Assembly (NCBI GenBank): GCA_049719805.1
Contig: JBNARF010000001.1
Span: 318,341 to 382,340, forward strand
Direction: 5' to 3'
DNA from: Candidatus Hydrothermia bacterium
GTDB lineage: Bacteria; Hydrothermota; Hydrothermia; UBA1063
Length of the DNA stretch: 64,000 bases
This document shows, piece after piece, positions 20,911 through 30,582 of the stretch; position 1 is the first letter of the stretch; every line of letters starts with the position of its first letter. The translations under genes and the position numbers were made by a program. The notes under the pieces are model-generated. The model saw only the letters and a program-made list of their open reading frames with translations. It made no database searches and was not told where the DNA came from.

Positions 20911-22633
20911 TCAGGAATTGAAGCTTAAGGGTATTCCTGTATCACCAGGTATAGTGATCGCACCTGTAAAAGTTATTAAAAAAAAGAAAGTTGAGATTAA
21001 AGAGAGAATTATTAAATCAGGCGAAATTGAGCAAGAAATAAAAAAATTCCATCAAGGTTTAGAGAATTTAAAGAAGATTCTCGAAGAGCTTAAATCACAG
21101 ACAAACGAAGAAAATCTTAAAAGGCTCGTCGATGTCCAGCTAAGTATTATTCAGGATTCGGAGCTTTTATCAGGTGTTGAGAATATAATACGTCAAAAAA
21201 GGAAAAATGTGGAATATGCAATAAAAACTGTATTCGAAAGGATTAGAGATAACTTGCTAAAACAGGATAACTACTATCTAAAGGAAAGAGCAAGGGAAAT
21301 TGAGGAGCTTGGTAGGGACTTAATAGCTGTAATAAACAACACTTATGAAAGACCTGATCTCTCCTTTGATGGAATTATCGTATCTGAAGCCCTTTCTCTG
21401 GATGAAGCGTTGAGAATCATAAAAAGCGGGGTAAAGGGAGTTGTGACAGAGAAAGGTGGGCGGACAGAACATTCAGCAATTATCTTAAGGAATTTCAAAA
21501 TCCCTGCTGTTTTTGGAATAGATAAAATTACCAGGCTTTTAGATGATGGTGACCTGGTTGTAATTGACGGTGGGAAAGGAATGGTCATCATAAACCCCAT
21601 GGAGTCCACAGTAGAACGTTATAGTATTATTAGATCGGATTATGAAAAATTTGAAAGGGGTTTATCCAGTGAAAAGGACTTACCTGCTATCACAACTGAC
21701 GGAAAAGAAATAGTTATTTTCGCAAATATTGATATCCCCGAGGAAGTAGAAAAGATTAGCAGTTTTGGAAAGCATGGTATAGGTCTGTTCCGTTCCGAGA
21801 TGATGTTTCAAGAATTAGCATATGATGAAGAAGGACAATATAGAATTTATTCCTATATGGCCGAAAAAATTTATCCTTTTTCCATAACGATAAGGGCTTT
21901 TGACATAGGGGGGGATAAGGTGTATTCGGGGTATTCTGAGGAAAATCCCTTTCTGGGCTTGAGGGGAATAAGAGTCCTCCTGGAAGAACAAGAGATATTT
22001 GAAAAACAAATTAGGGCAGTAATAAGAGCCAATAGTAGAGGCAATCTTAGATTTATGCTGCCAATGGTTTCAACCCTTGACGAGGTTAAAGAGGCAAAGA
22101 AAATTTTCATAAGAAGTAAAAAGCTTTTAGAAAAGGAATATGGTGTCGTCAACCAGCCCAGATTTGGAGTTATGGTAGAAATTCCTTCAGCCGCCTTAAC
22201 GATGGAGCATTTAGCTGATCTAGTGGATTTTGTAAGTATCGGAACCAACGATCTCACTCAATATACTCTTGCAGTTGACCGAAAAAATTTTCATGTGGCT
22301 AAGCTATTTAATCATTTACATCCTTCAGTACTTAAATTAATAAAGATTACTTCGGACGCTTGTAAAGAAAAAAATGTTCTTGTTGCTTCATGTGGTGAAA
22401 TGAGCTCTGATTCATATGGAGTGGTTCTACTTGTAGGATTGGGTGTTGATGAAATATCTTGTCCTCCTGCACGAATTCCTGAGGTCAAATCTTTAATCAG
22501 GAGAATTAGTCTGCGTGATGCGGAAGAAATTGCAAAAGAAGCAATTAAAAAAGAAAGTGTAAAAGAAGTAAAATCTCTTGTGCACGATTATCTTAATAAA
22601 GTAATGCCCGAACTTTTCCAGTTTTACGAGTAG
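20900..22633 (+). CDS. ptsI: PEP-protein phosphotransferase (PTS Enzyme I)
   Basis: GGRTEHSAI (active-site His), GLFRSE, ENPFLGLRGIR, SIGTNDLTQY and CGEM motifs. Confidence 0.95.
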   Translation: MRSSQELKLKGIPVSPGIVIAPVKVIKKKKVEIKERIIKSGEIEQEIKKFHQGLENLKKILEELKSQTNEENLKRLVDVQLSIIQDSELLSGVENIIRQKRKNVEYAIKTVFERIRDNLLKQDNYYLKERAREIEELGRDLIAVINNTYERPDLSFDGIIVSEALSLDEALRIIKSGVKGVVTEKGGRTEHSAIILRNFKIPAVFGIDKITRLLDDGDLVVIDGGKGMVIINPMESTVERYSIIRSDYEKFERGLSSEKDLPAITTDGKEIVIFANIDIPEEVEKISSFGKHGIGLFRSEMMFQELAYDEEGQYRIYSYMAEKIYPFSITIRAFDIGGDKVYSGYSEENPFLGLRGIRVLLEEQEIFEKQIRAVIRANSRGNLRFMLPMVSTLDEVKEAKKIFIRSKKLLEKEYGVVNQPRFGVMVEIPSAALTMEHLADLVDFVSIGTNDLTQYTLAVDRKNFHVAKLFNHLHPSVLKLIKITSDACKEKNVLVASCGEMSSDSYGVVLLVGLGVDEISCPPARIPEVKSLIRRISLRDAEEIAKEAIKKESVKEVKSLVHDYLNKVMPELFQFYE

Positions 22634-22637
22634 TTTA

Positions 22638-23114
22638 ATGAGTGCTTTTGAGATTAGAACTTATTCTTCGGCGGAAACGAGGAAAATTGGTGAAATTTTA
22701 GTTGAGCACTTGGCTGCACCTTTTAATGTTCTGCTAAAGGGAGAACTCGGAGCTGGAAAGACGGAACTTGTAAGGGGGTTTCTGGCAAAGCATGGATTTA
22801 AAATTATACGAAGCCCGTCTTTTACGATTGTTAATACTTTTGAAACCCCTAATTACATTGTACACCATATAGATCTTTTTAGGATCAATAGCCTTGAAGA
22901 AATTACAATTAGAGGAATTTTAGATCTTTTAGAGGAACAGGATTCCATAAGGTTTATTGAATGGCCTGAGCTTATCTTGGAAGAGATTGATAAAGAAATA
23001 TCTGTGACTTTTACTTTCAGCATTCTTGGAGAAACGACCCGCAATATTATCGTTGAAACATTAAACCCTTCACTCCAGGAAAGATTGAGAAGCATATTAA
23101 ATGAAATTAAGTGA
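22638..23114 (+). CDS. tsaE: tRNA t6A biosynthesis ATPase
   Basis: GELGAGKT, SPSFTIVN, HIDLFR and IEWPE motifs. Confidence 0.93.
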   Translation: MSAFEIRTYSSAETRKIGEILVEHLAAPFNVLLKGELGAGKTELVRGFLAKHGFKIIRSPSFTIVNTFETPNYIVHHIDLFRINSLEEITIRGILDLLEEQDSIRFIEWPELILEEIDKEISVTFTFSILGETTRNIIVETLNPSLQERLRSILNEIK

Positions 23115-23985
23115 AGCAATCAACAGTTTTCTTTCCTATATTATGGATGAGAAGGGGTTATCCCTGAATACAGTTGAGTCATATCAGAATGATCTGACGA
23201 AATTTCTGGAATTTAGTGGTGATAGAGAGGTTTCAGAAATTTCCCTCGAAGACATTGATGAATTTGCGGTTTTTCTGAAGAAGCAAGAGTTAGCTCAGAA
23301 TACACGTTCAAGAATCTTTTCTTGTTTAAGAACTTTTCTATCTTATCTTGAGGTGGAAGGGGTATATGATGGTAACATCGCTGCTGATATTCAGATACCT
23401 AAAAAAATAGTAAAGCTTCCAGATTTTTTAAGTGTAGAGGAAGTAATAAGGCTCCTTGAGTCTCCAGATTTATCAACCCCTAAAGGATTAAGAGATCGTG
23501 CAATTCTCGAATTATTGTATGCCACAGGTATAAGGGTTTCAGAGCTTACCAATCTAACTCTCCAAAATGTTTTTCTTGAAGAGAGAGTTATAAGGGTGCT
23601 TGGAAAGGGTAACAAAGAACGAATAGTTCCTTTTAATTCTGAGGCAGCAAAATATCTGGAAGCCTATTTGAATAGTGTAAGACCGATGGTATTAAAAAAG
23701 AGGGGAGAGGATAGGGTTTTTCTCAATTTACGTGGGGGTCCTATTTCGAGAGTTAGCGTATGGAAGATTATAAAAGAATATTCAATAAAAGCTGGTATAA
23801 ATAAAAATTTATACCCCCACATACTAAGACATACTTTTGCTACACATCTGCTCCAAAGAGGATGTGATCTCAGGACTCTTCAAATTTTTCTTGGCCATGC
23901 CTCTTTAATGACTACCCAGATTTATACTCACCTGGACAAAGAGTTTTTAAAAGAAGTCCACCAGAAATATCACCCTCGGGCTTAG
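23101..23985 (+). CDS. xerD: Tyrosine recombinase XerD
   Basis: RDRAILELLYATGIRVSEL, GKGNKERIVP, HILRHTFATHLL, LGHASLMTTQIYTH; C-terminal HPRA. Confidence 0.93.
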   Translation: MKLSEAINSFLSYIMDEKGLSLNTVESYQNDLTKFLEFSGDREVSEISLEDIDEFAVFLKKQELAQNTRSRIFSCLRTFLSYLEVEGVYDGNIAADIQIPKKIVKLPDFLSVEEVIRLLESPDLSTPKGLRDRAILELLYATGIRVSELTNLTLQNVFLEERVIRVLGKGNKERIVPFNSEAAKYLEAYLNSVRPMVLKKRGEDRVFLNLRGGPISRVSVWKIIKEYSIKAGINKNLYPHILRHTFATHLLQRGCDLRTLQIFLGHASLMTTQIYTHLDKEFLKEVHQKYHPRA

Positions 23986-23986
23986 T

Positions 23987-25696
23987 TCACTTAATTTCTA
24001 AGTGGAGTTCCTTTAAAAGGTCGGCATCCACTTCGCCGGGAGCCATTTCATACAAAGCCTGGCCGCTGGTAGTTTTGGGAAAGGCAATACAATCTCTTAT
24101 ACTTTCAAGCCCCAGAAGCATTGCAACGATTCTATCAAATCCAAGTGCTATTCCACCATGGGGTGGGGCGCCATATTCAAGAGCTTTAAGAAGGAACCCG
24201 AAGTTTCTATCAATTCTTTCATCATCAATACCAATGATCTTCATTATTTTTCTTTGCAAATCTGCATTGTGATTTCTTATTGAGCCTGATGCTATTTCTG
24301 TTCCGTTGAGGACTAAATCGTACTGCTTTCCAATCACTTTGAGCGGTTCAGTATCAAGCAGGTCAATATGTTCTTCTTTCGGCTGTGTAAACATGTGGTG
24401 ACACGGCTCAATTCTCCCTTCTTCTTCGTTCCATTCGAAAAGTGGAAAATCATAAATCCACAAAAATTTATGTTCTTTTGTCTCTGGTTTAAATATTAGA
24501 TTCCTCAACTTACCAAGAAAAGAATAAGTCTTGTAGGAGTTTTCTCCAGCTAAAACAAAATAAAATCCATCCTGAAGATCAGAATTTTTGGGGATAAACT
24601 TTCCAATTTGTCCTGAATATTCTCCTTTTTGTGCCTTAAAATACATGAGGCCTTTAGCCCCTTCTTTAGTCAAAAATTCTCTGTAATTTTCTATCTCTTT
24701 TCTTGAAAAATCTGTGTCCGATCGTAAAGCTAATACTTTGCCACCCTCTTTTATTACTTTTCTTATTATCTCAGATTCTGTATTCATGAAGTAGTGGGTT
24801 AAGTCTATAATTTCCTCCTTTATCCTGAGGTCGGGTTTATCGCTTCCAAACTTTGTCATTGCATCGTGGTAAGTCATTCTTGGAAATGGTGTTACAAGTT
24901 CTTCATTAAGAAGTTCATGAAATATCTTTTTAAACATATCTTCTACAAGTTGAAATATATCCTCTATATCGGGAAAAGACATTTCGAGGTCAATTTGCGT
25001 GAATTCAGGCTGTCTATCCTGCCTCAGATCTTCGTCTCGGAAGCACCTAACTATCTGGAAATATCTGTCAAAGCCAGCCGACATTAAGACTTGCTTATAT
25101 AACTGTGGAGATTGGGGGAGGGCATAAAATTTCCCGGGAAAATTCCTTGAAGGCACGATGAAATCTCTAGCTCCCTCGGGAGTGCGTTTTGTTAAGAAGG
25201 GGGTCTCAATTTCTAAGAACCCCCTTTCTGAAAGAAAATTCCTTACAAGCTGAAGTAACCTGTGCCGGAATATTAAGTTTCGCTGCATAAAAGGCCTTCT
25301 AAGGTCTAAAAATCTCCATGAGAGCCTTGTTTCTTCTTGAATCTTGACATCGTCTTCAGGTAAAAAGGGAAGTGGAGGAGTTGTATTCAATATCTCAATT
25401 TCTTCTACCTCGACTTCGATTGAACCGGTGGATATATCTGGATTAATCATGTTCTCAGGTCTTTTTCTGACTTTACCCACAGCCTTCACTACATAGTAGA
25501 GTCCTACATTTTTGACTTTTTCAAAAACCTCTTTATTAGATGGCTCTACTACGAGCTGCGTTCTTCCGTACCGGTCTCTCAGGTCAATAAAGAGGACCCC
25601 ACCTAAGTCTCTGATGCGCCTTACCCAGCCTGCTAAGGTAACTCTTTGACCTACATGCTTTTCATTTAACTCTCCGCATGTATGTGTTCTAATCAT
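23987..25696 (-). CDS. aspS: Aspartate--tRNA ligase
   Basis: RTHTCGEL, PEGARDF, ALPQSPQLYKQ, FRDEDLRQDRQPEFTQID and GAPPHGGIALG motifs. Confidence 0.98.
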   Translation of the reverse strand: MIRTHTCGELNEKHVGQRVTLAGWVRRIRDLGGVLFIDLRDRYGRTQLVVEPSNKEVFEKVKNVGLYYVVKAVGKVRKRPENMINPDISTGSIEVEVEEIEILNTTPPLPFLPEDDVKIQEETRLSWRFLDLRRPFMQRNLIFRHRLLQLVRNFLSERGFLEIETPFLTKRTPEGARDFIVPSRNFPGKFYALPQSPQLYKQVLMSAGFDRYFQIVRCFRDEDLRQDRQPEFTQIDLEMSFPDIEDIFQLVEDMFKKIFHELLNEELVTPFPRMTYHDAMTKFGSDKPDLRIKEEIIDLTHYFMNTESEIIRKVIKEGGKVLALRSDTDFSRKEIENYREFLTKEGAKGLMYFKAQKGEYSGQIGKFIPKNSDLQDGFYFVLAGENSYKTYSFLGKLRNLIFKPETKEHKFLWIYDFPLFEWNEEEGRIEPCHHMFTQPKEEHIDLLDTEPLKVIGKQYDLVLNGTEIASGSIRNHNADLQRKIMKIIGIDDERIDRNFGFLLKALEYGAPPHGGIALGFDRIVAMLLGLESIRDCIAFPKTTSGQALYEMAPGEVDADLLKELHLEIK

Positions 25697-25698
25697 AT

Positions 25699-26655
25699 TT
25701 ATCTCCCTAAAATCGATGGGTAATCCAGCCCAAAGCGTGATTTATAATATTTTCTTAAAAGAATTAAAATTATTAAGTTTAACATTAGAAAAATAGGGAA
25801 TTTAACAGCGACCAGCAATACAAACAAGAAAGCAGGAATCCTGTAAGATAATTTAATTATTACTAAATCTTCCGAAGTGTCCCAAATGGATAATACTGAA
25901 AAGATCAATCCCAGAATTGATGGTAAAAGAAGTAGAATATCCATTTCAAGAAAGCCGTAAACAAGAGATATGAAGAAAATAATGCTTGCAAGTATTGATG
26001 AGAACCTCTGTCCTAAAAACACCCCTGTAGTTAATTTTCCCGATTTCTTGTCGCCGGGAATGTCAGGTATAGTGGTGTTGATAAAAACTGCGGCAACCAA
26101 GAGAAAATAACCTGTTGAAATTATAAAAGTTGATTTATTCAGGTGTTCCGCAACCGCCCAACCTACTGAAAAAGCAATGCAGCCGTAACCGATAGCATTA
26201 AAAATAATATCTAAGAAAGGTCTTGCTTTAGCCTGTATCGGTGGCAGAGAATAGAGGAGACCCATAATTAGCGATATGATATACAGAATAAGTAATTCAA
26301 CACCACCAGCAAAATACCCCCATACAAGGGAGACTAGCGCAAGTAAAACAGAGAGAATCCAGGCTAATTTTTCGGATACAATGCCATATGGGATAAGGAA
26401 GAGTTTTTCATTTATACGATCTGATTCTTTATCCACAATCTGGTTAATAATGTATGTAGAACTCATAAGAAGCGTATAGGAAAATAAAACAGAAAAGAAT
26501 TTGAGGGGCAAAAGCAATGTAATGGAAAAAAACTCCAATCTTTTTCCATACATGTAGCCCAGAAATATGAACACCCAAAGGGGAACCCACAGTATGGGTC
26601 TTAAAAGAAAGAACAAATCATACCATTTAAGCGTTAAATCTAGATCTTTTTTCAT
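25699..26655 (-). CDS. UbiA-family prenyltransferase
   Basis: NQIVDKESDRIN, YSLPP..K.RP..D and DIPGDKKSG..T motifs; about 9 TM; SD AAGGAG favours a start at 26655 rather than 26712. Confidence 0.85.
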   Translation of the reverse strand: MKKDLDLTLKWYDLFFLLRPILWVPLWVFIFLGYMYGKRLEFFSITLLLPLKFFSVLFSYTLLMSSTYIINQIVDKESDRINEKLFLIPYGIVSEKLAWILSVLLALVSLVWGYFAGGVELLILYIISLIMGLLYSLPPIQAKARPFLDIIFNAIGYGCIAFSVGWAVAEHLNKSTFIISTGYFLLVAAVFINTTIPDIPGDKKSGKLTTGVFLGQRFSSILASIIFFISLVYGFLEMDILLLLPSILGLIFSVLSIWDTSEDLVIIKLSYRIPAFLFVLLVAVKFPIFLMLNLIILILLRKYYKSRFGLDYPSILGR

Positions 26656-26740
26656 TTTCTCACTCCTTGCAGTTATTAGAATAATTCCCGGTTCTCGTAT
26701 TTTCAAGTTCATGCTTTCTTCGCTTTAAGTACCTTTAGTT

Positions 26741-26768
26741 ACTTCTCATAATGTATCTTATGTTAACT
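26741..26768 (+). other. dif: dif site (XerC/XerD chromosome dimer resolution site)
   Basis: ACTTCTCATAA-TGTATC-TTATGTTAACT fits the 11-6-11 dif layout; recalled references are E. coli GGTGCGCATAA-TGTATA-TTATGTTAAAT and B. subtilis ACTTCCTAGAA-TATATA-TTATGTAAACT; intergenic, 2.8 kb from xerD. Confidence 0.88.
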
Positions 26769-26916
26769 TATATATGCCCCTGGAAATGAGAGGGTTAGAT
26801 GTTGTACTCTCCTTACCTCGAGTTGTGCGAAAATTTCCGATTTCTTTTAAATTTATTATTTGACGTTTAGAAGCTTGGAAATTTGTCATGATTTTAAGAA
26901 TCTCATTTGAATCCTT

Positions 26917-26945
26917 TTGAATTAACAGTTTTTTGCGAATAAAAT
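26917..26945 (+). promoter_or_regulatory. Sigma70-type promoter of the deacetylase gene, near-leaderless
   Basis: TTGAAT-17-TAAAAT, then 10 nt to an ATG with no SD. Confidence 0.55.
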
Positions 26946-26955
26946 ATAACTTACT

Positions 26956-27738
26956 ATGCTTATTTTTCTTCAGTACCATGAAGTTTCCAGGCGTTTATTT
27001 TTCAACCCTAATATTTGCCCTGTGAAAGTTTTTTTTAAACATATTAATACTCTCAGTGTTTACGGTTTTAAAGATTATTTGAGTGTCTTTAAATCTCAGG
27101 GAATTCGTTTTTTAGAAGGTAATTATGTAGTTATCACTTTTGATGACGGTTATAAAGGGGTTTTAAATGATGCCTTTCCTGCAATGGAAAGGCATGGATT
27201 TAAAGGCATTGTTTTTGTAGTAACTGGGTATCTTGGGTTTAAAAGTAATTGGGATGTCCCCTTCCTCTCCCCTTTGCAACATTTGGACTCTAAGGAAATA
27301 AAATTTTTATCTGATAACGGTTGGCTTGTCGGTTCACATTCTCATACCCATAAAGATCTCACGTCTATTTCCTATCAGGAATTGATGAATGAGGTAATCA
27401 CTTCTAAGAAAATTCTTGAGGATATCACTGGTTCAGAAATTTCTCTTTTTTCTTATCCCTTTGGGAAATATAACCGGAAAGTCCAGGATGCTCTTCTTGA
27501 GGCAGGTTATAAATATGCCTTTAAATCCAGTGCATTTTATTTAGATTTTTCAAATCCAATGGCCATTCCCAGGCGGTCTATCTATTTGAGTGATTTTGAT
27601 CTTGGCTTAAAGATTGATCCGTTTTACCGGTACATTGAAATTTTTAAAGAAACTATCTCAAATAGCCTGGCTTATTTAAGCCCAATTTACTTAAAATTAT
27701 TAAAGTCTACTAACAGTAAGCCAGGTTATGACCAGTGA
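26956..27738 (+). CDS. Polysaccharide deacetylase (CE4/NodB)
   Basis: YHEV, ITFDDGY, GSHSHTH and FSYPFG motifs. Confidence 0.92.
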   Translation: MLIFLQYHEVSRRLFFNPNICPVKVFFKHINTLSVYGFKDYLSVFKSQGIRFLEGNYVVITFDDGYKGVLNDAFPAMERHGFKGIVFVVTGYLGFKSNWDVPFLSPLQHLDSKEIKFLSDNGWLVGSHSHTHKDLTSISYQELMNEVITSKKILEDITGSEISLFSYPFGKYNRKVQDALLEAGYKYAFKSSAFYLDFSNPMAIPRRSIYLSDFDLGLKIDPFYRYIEIFKETISNSLAYLSPIYLKLLKSTNSKPGYDQ

Positions 27739-28875
27739 TGTGATTACCTGAGCAAGTTGAAGATAATCTTCAAACCATTTAAGTTTTACTTCAGGTACAA
27801 AAATGATATCTCCGGGTTGAATGTTTGTTATGTGGTTTTTTGTGATTTTTCTATTTCCTCTCACTACGTAAAGGCGGTGAGATGCTGCTCTTACTGTATA
27901 TCCTCCACAGTAAGAGATATATGTTTCCAGCGAAGCCCCGGGAAGATAAGGAACAAATCCTGGGCTTTTTACCTCTCCCGCAACAAATACTTTATCGGTA
28001 AATGGAGGGACATAAAGGGTGTCACCCTCTTTTATGTAATCATCCAGCGTTACTTTACCCTTTTTTGTACTGGAAATCTCATTGATAAGAGCATATGACC
28101 TCAGCCCCCCTGCTCTCCGCAGGATTTCCTCTACCTTCATGCTATCACTGCAGGATATTTTGAAGACGTTCGCTTCGAAGGAGACAGTGAATGTCCCCGC
28201 CATAGCTTGCATAATCTGGGTTTTGAACTTTTTTACAGGATAACCTTTAATAGATCCATAAATAGTAATTCCTTTTTCAATTCTGGGAACATAAACACTT
28301 TTAATTTTTGCCAGCAAAGGATTATTAGCAATATCTGCGAATTTGAAGTATTTCTCGAGATCTGCAATTATTGTGTCACCCTTTTGAGTCTCTACGAGAA
28401 TAGAGTTGATGTCAGCATCAAATCCGCAAATGAAATCTTGAATGGAAAGAAGACTCGCAAGTCTGTTAGATGCTCGCACCGAAACAGGCCCGTTAGTTTC
28501 GGTATTACCTTTAACAAGTATTGTCATGTTCCTAGGTACAAGGACTCTTACGTCAATTTTCTCCGTTTTTAATAAACTACTATACCAGGCTTTTAAACTA
28601 TCCTTTAGTTCTTTTAAACTTAAGTTGTAAACCAGCTTGAATGAATAAGGTCTTAATACTAAAGAATCGCCCTTGGGATAAGGAAGGAAAATTTCCATTC
28701 TTCCACTAAAATCAATAAAGGTAGGATATGATATCGACAGATCCTCTAAGAGAACCTCTATAGTGTCTCCTGGTCCCACTAAGTACTCCTCTTCTCCAAA
28801 AAGAATTGCTTCTATTCCACCGGTTGCTAAATTTCCTTGTGAGAGTAATATCAGAGTGACAAGGTATTCCAGCAT
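27700..28875 (-). CDS. Polysaccharide export protein with SLBB domains (Wza/KpsD-like)
   Basis: YLVGPGDTI; V.GEVKSPG; GGYTVRA; IQPGDIIFVP; C-terminal amphipathic helix. Confidence 0.8.
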   Translation of the reverse strand: MLEYLVTLILLSQGNLATGGIEAILFGEEEYLVGPGDTIEVLLEDLSISYPTFIDFSGRMEIFLPYPKGDSLVLRPYSFKLVYNLSLKELKDSLKAWYSSLLKTEKIDVRVLVPRNMTILVKGNTETNGPVSVRASNRLASLLSIQDFICGFDADINSILVETQKGDTIIADLEKYFKFADIANNPLLAKIKSVYVPRIEKGITIYGSIKGYPVKKFKTQIMQAMAGTFTVSFEANVFKISCSDSMKVEEILRRAGGLRSYALINEISSTKKGKVTLDDYIKEGDTLYVPPFTDKVFVAGEVKSPGFVPYLPGASLETYISYCGGYTVRAASHRLYVVRGNRKITKNHITNIQPGDIIFVPEVKLKWFEDYLQLAQVITSLVITWLTVSRL

Positions 28876-28876
28876 T

Positions 28877-29962
28877 TTACTCCTCCATATTTAATATTTC
28901 TTTGATAAGTTCGTTTACTATTTGATCTTCAGAGACTCTTTTTATGATTTTACCCTTTTTAAATATAACGCCTCTGCCGGGCTCCGCTGCAACTCCTATG
29001 TCAGCATCTCTGGCCTCTCCTGGCCCGTTTACTTCACACCCCATTATAGCTACTTTTACTGGTTTTTTAATACCCTTTAAAGCATCCTCAACATCCTGAA
29101 CAAGTTTTATAAGATTAATCCGCGTCCTCGCACATGTAGGGCATGAAATTATCGTGGGGCCATTGTATCGTAATTCCAGAGCTTTCAAGATCTCCCATGC
29201 CACTCTCACTTCTAAAACCGGATCATCAGTTAAAGACACTCTTATGGTGTCACCAATACCAGATAGTAGTAAATGTCCTATGGCAATGGCAGATTTCACC
29301 GTACCCGGAATAAGTGGACCAGCTTCTGTAACTCCAACATGGAGTGGAAAGTCAATCTTCTCGCTTAAAAGTCTGTAAGCTTTAATAGTATCTATAACTG
29401 AGGAGGATTTGACGGAAACTACGATATTTTCGAACCCCTCGTTTGTAAAAAAATCAACCCATCTTACAGCACTCTCCACAAGAGCCTCTGGTGTAACACC
29501 TCCGTATTTGTTAATAAGGTCTTCCTCTAAAGAACCAGAATTCACACCAATTCTTACTGCCTTATCATGTATTTTTAAAGCTGCAATAATTTCTTTAACT
29601 TTGTTAAATGAGCCAATATTTCCCGGATTAATTCTTATTTTATCAGCTCCAGCCTCCAGAGCTTTTATGGCAAGCTTATAGTTGAAGTGAATGTCTGCAA
29701 CGAGGGGGTGATTAATTTCTCTCCTAATCTCCTTAAAAGCTTTTAATGAAGTTTCATCGGGTATTGCTATTCTTATTATTTCACAATCCTCATGGATAAG
29801 TTTAATGATCTGATCAATGGTGGCTCTTACATCTGAGGTTTTAGTTGAGGTCATTGATTGAACCCGGACCGGATTATTTCCTCCTATCCCGACTCCCCTT
29901 ACCAGAACCTCACGTGTTTTCTTCATTTCTCTGATTTTATACTTTTTAAGGGGTATGTTCAA
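28877..29962 (-). CDS. ispG: HMBPP synthase (MEP pathway)
   Basis: VQSMT, ADIHF, RINPGN, HVGVTEAG, CPTCAR and GCEVNGPGE motifs; start may be the ATG at 29926. Confidence 0.97.
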   Translation of the reverse strand: MNIPLKKYKIREMKKTREVLVRGVGIGGNNPVRVQSMTSTKTSDVRATIDQIIKLIHEDCEIIRIAIPDETSLKAFKEIRREINHPLVADIHFNYKLAIKALEAGADKIRINPGNIGSFNKVKEIIAALKIHDKAVRIGVNSGSLEEDLINKYGGVTPEALVESAVRWVDFFTNEGFENIVVSVKSSSVIDTIKAYRLLSEKIDFPLHVGVTEAGPLIPGTVKSAIAIGHLLLSGIGDTIRVSLTDDPVLEVRVAWEILKALELRYNGPTIISCPTCARTRINLIKLVQDVEDALKGIKKPVKVAIMGCEVNGPGEARDADIGVAAEPGRGVIFKKGKIIKRVSEDQIVNELIKEILNMEE

Positions 29963-29981
29963 GCGAAAATCGCATTATTAC

Positions 29982-30010
29982 TTGAAAAAATGAGCATTTC
30001 CATTCATAAT
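29982..30010 (+). promoter_or_regulatory. Sigma70-type promoter of pyrR
   Basis: TTGAAA-17-CATAAT, followed by SD AAGGAGG. Confidence 0.6.
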
Positions 30011-30033
30011 TCTAATAAATTAAGGAGGTTCTA

Positions 30034-30582
30034 ATGGTAGTTGAGAAGTATATCTTGATGGATCAGGAAGACATGAGACGTACTTTAAAGCGCATAGCTC
30101 ATGAGATTGTGGAAAGGTTACGAAACATGGATAATGTAGTCCTTGTAGGGATTAAAACTCGAGGAGTTCCCCTTGCCCGAATGATCAAAGAGGAAATTGC
30201 AAGTATTACGGGAAAAGATGTCCCTCTCGGAGCCGTTGATATAACCTTTTATCGGGATGATTTATCAATGGTGGGGGAAAAACCACAAGTTAAAGGGACG
30301 GAGCTTAACGTTTCTGTAGAAGGTAAAGATATAATACTTGTAGATGACGTTCTTTACACAGGCAGAACTACACGCGCAGCCATTGATGAGATAATAGATT
30401 ATGGAAGGCCCTCCTCCATCAGGTTATGCGTACTAATAGATCGAGGTCATAGAGAACTTCCAATTTGCCCTGATTTTGTTGGTAAAACTATAACCACGAC
30501 GAAAAAAGAGATTGTTAAAGTAAAAGTAGAGGAAATTGACGGTGTAAACGAAGTTGTAATTTGTGAAAAGGAAGATGAGTGA
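30034..30582 (+). CDS. pyrR: PyrR bifunctional regulator / uracil phosphoribosyltransferase
   Basis: [32 protein letters not shown] and DRGHRELPI motifs. Confidence 0.96.
   Translation: MVVEKYILMDQEDMRRTLKRIAHEIVERLRNMDNVVLVGIKTRGVPLARMIKEEIASITGKDVPLGAVDITFYRDDLSMVGEKPQVKGTELNVSVEGKDIILVDDVLYTGRTTRAAIDEIIDYGRPSSIRLCVLIDRGHRELPICPDFVGKTITTTKKEIVKVKVEEIDGVNEVVICEKEDE

Noticed and set aside
23101-23985. Tyrosine recombinase as a prophage or island integrase
   Set aside because: Length, motifs, HPRA C-terminus, housekeeping context and the nearby dif all indicate chromosomal XerD; no phage or att features
26758-26979. 73-aa minus-strand ORF, and a weak GAGAG...CTCTC hairpin near 26788-26811 as a possible ncRNA
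   Set aside because: The ORF overlaps dif, a promoter and the deacetylase start and has no recognisable motif; the hairpin is too short to support a 6S RNA or riboswitch call
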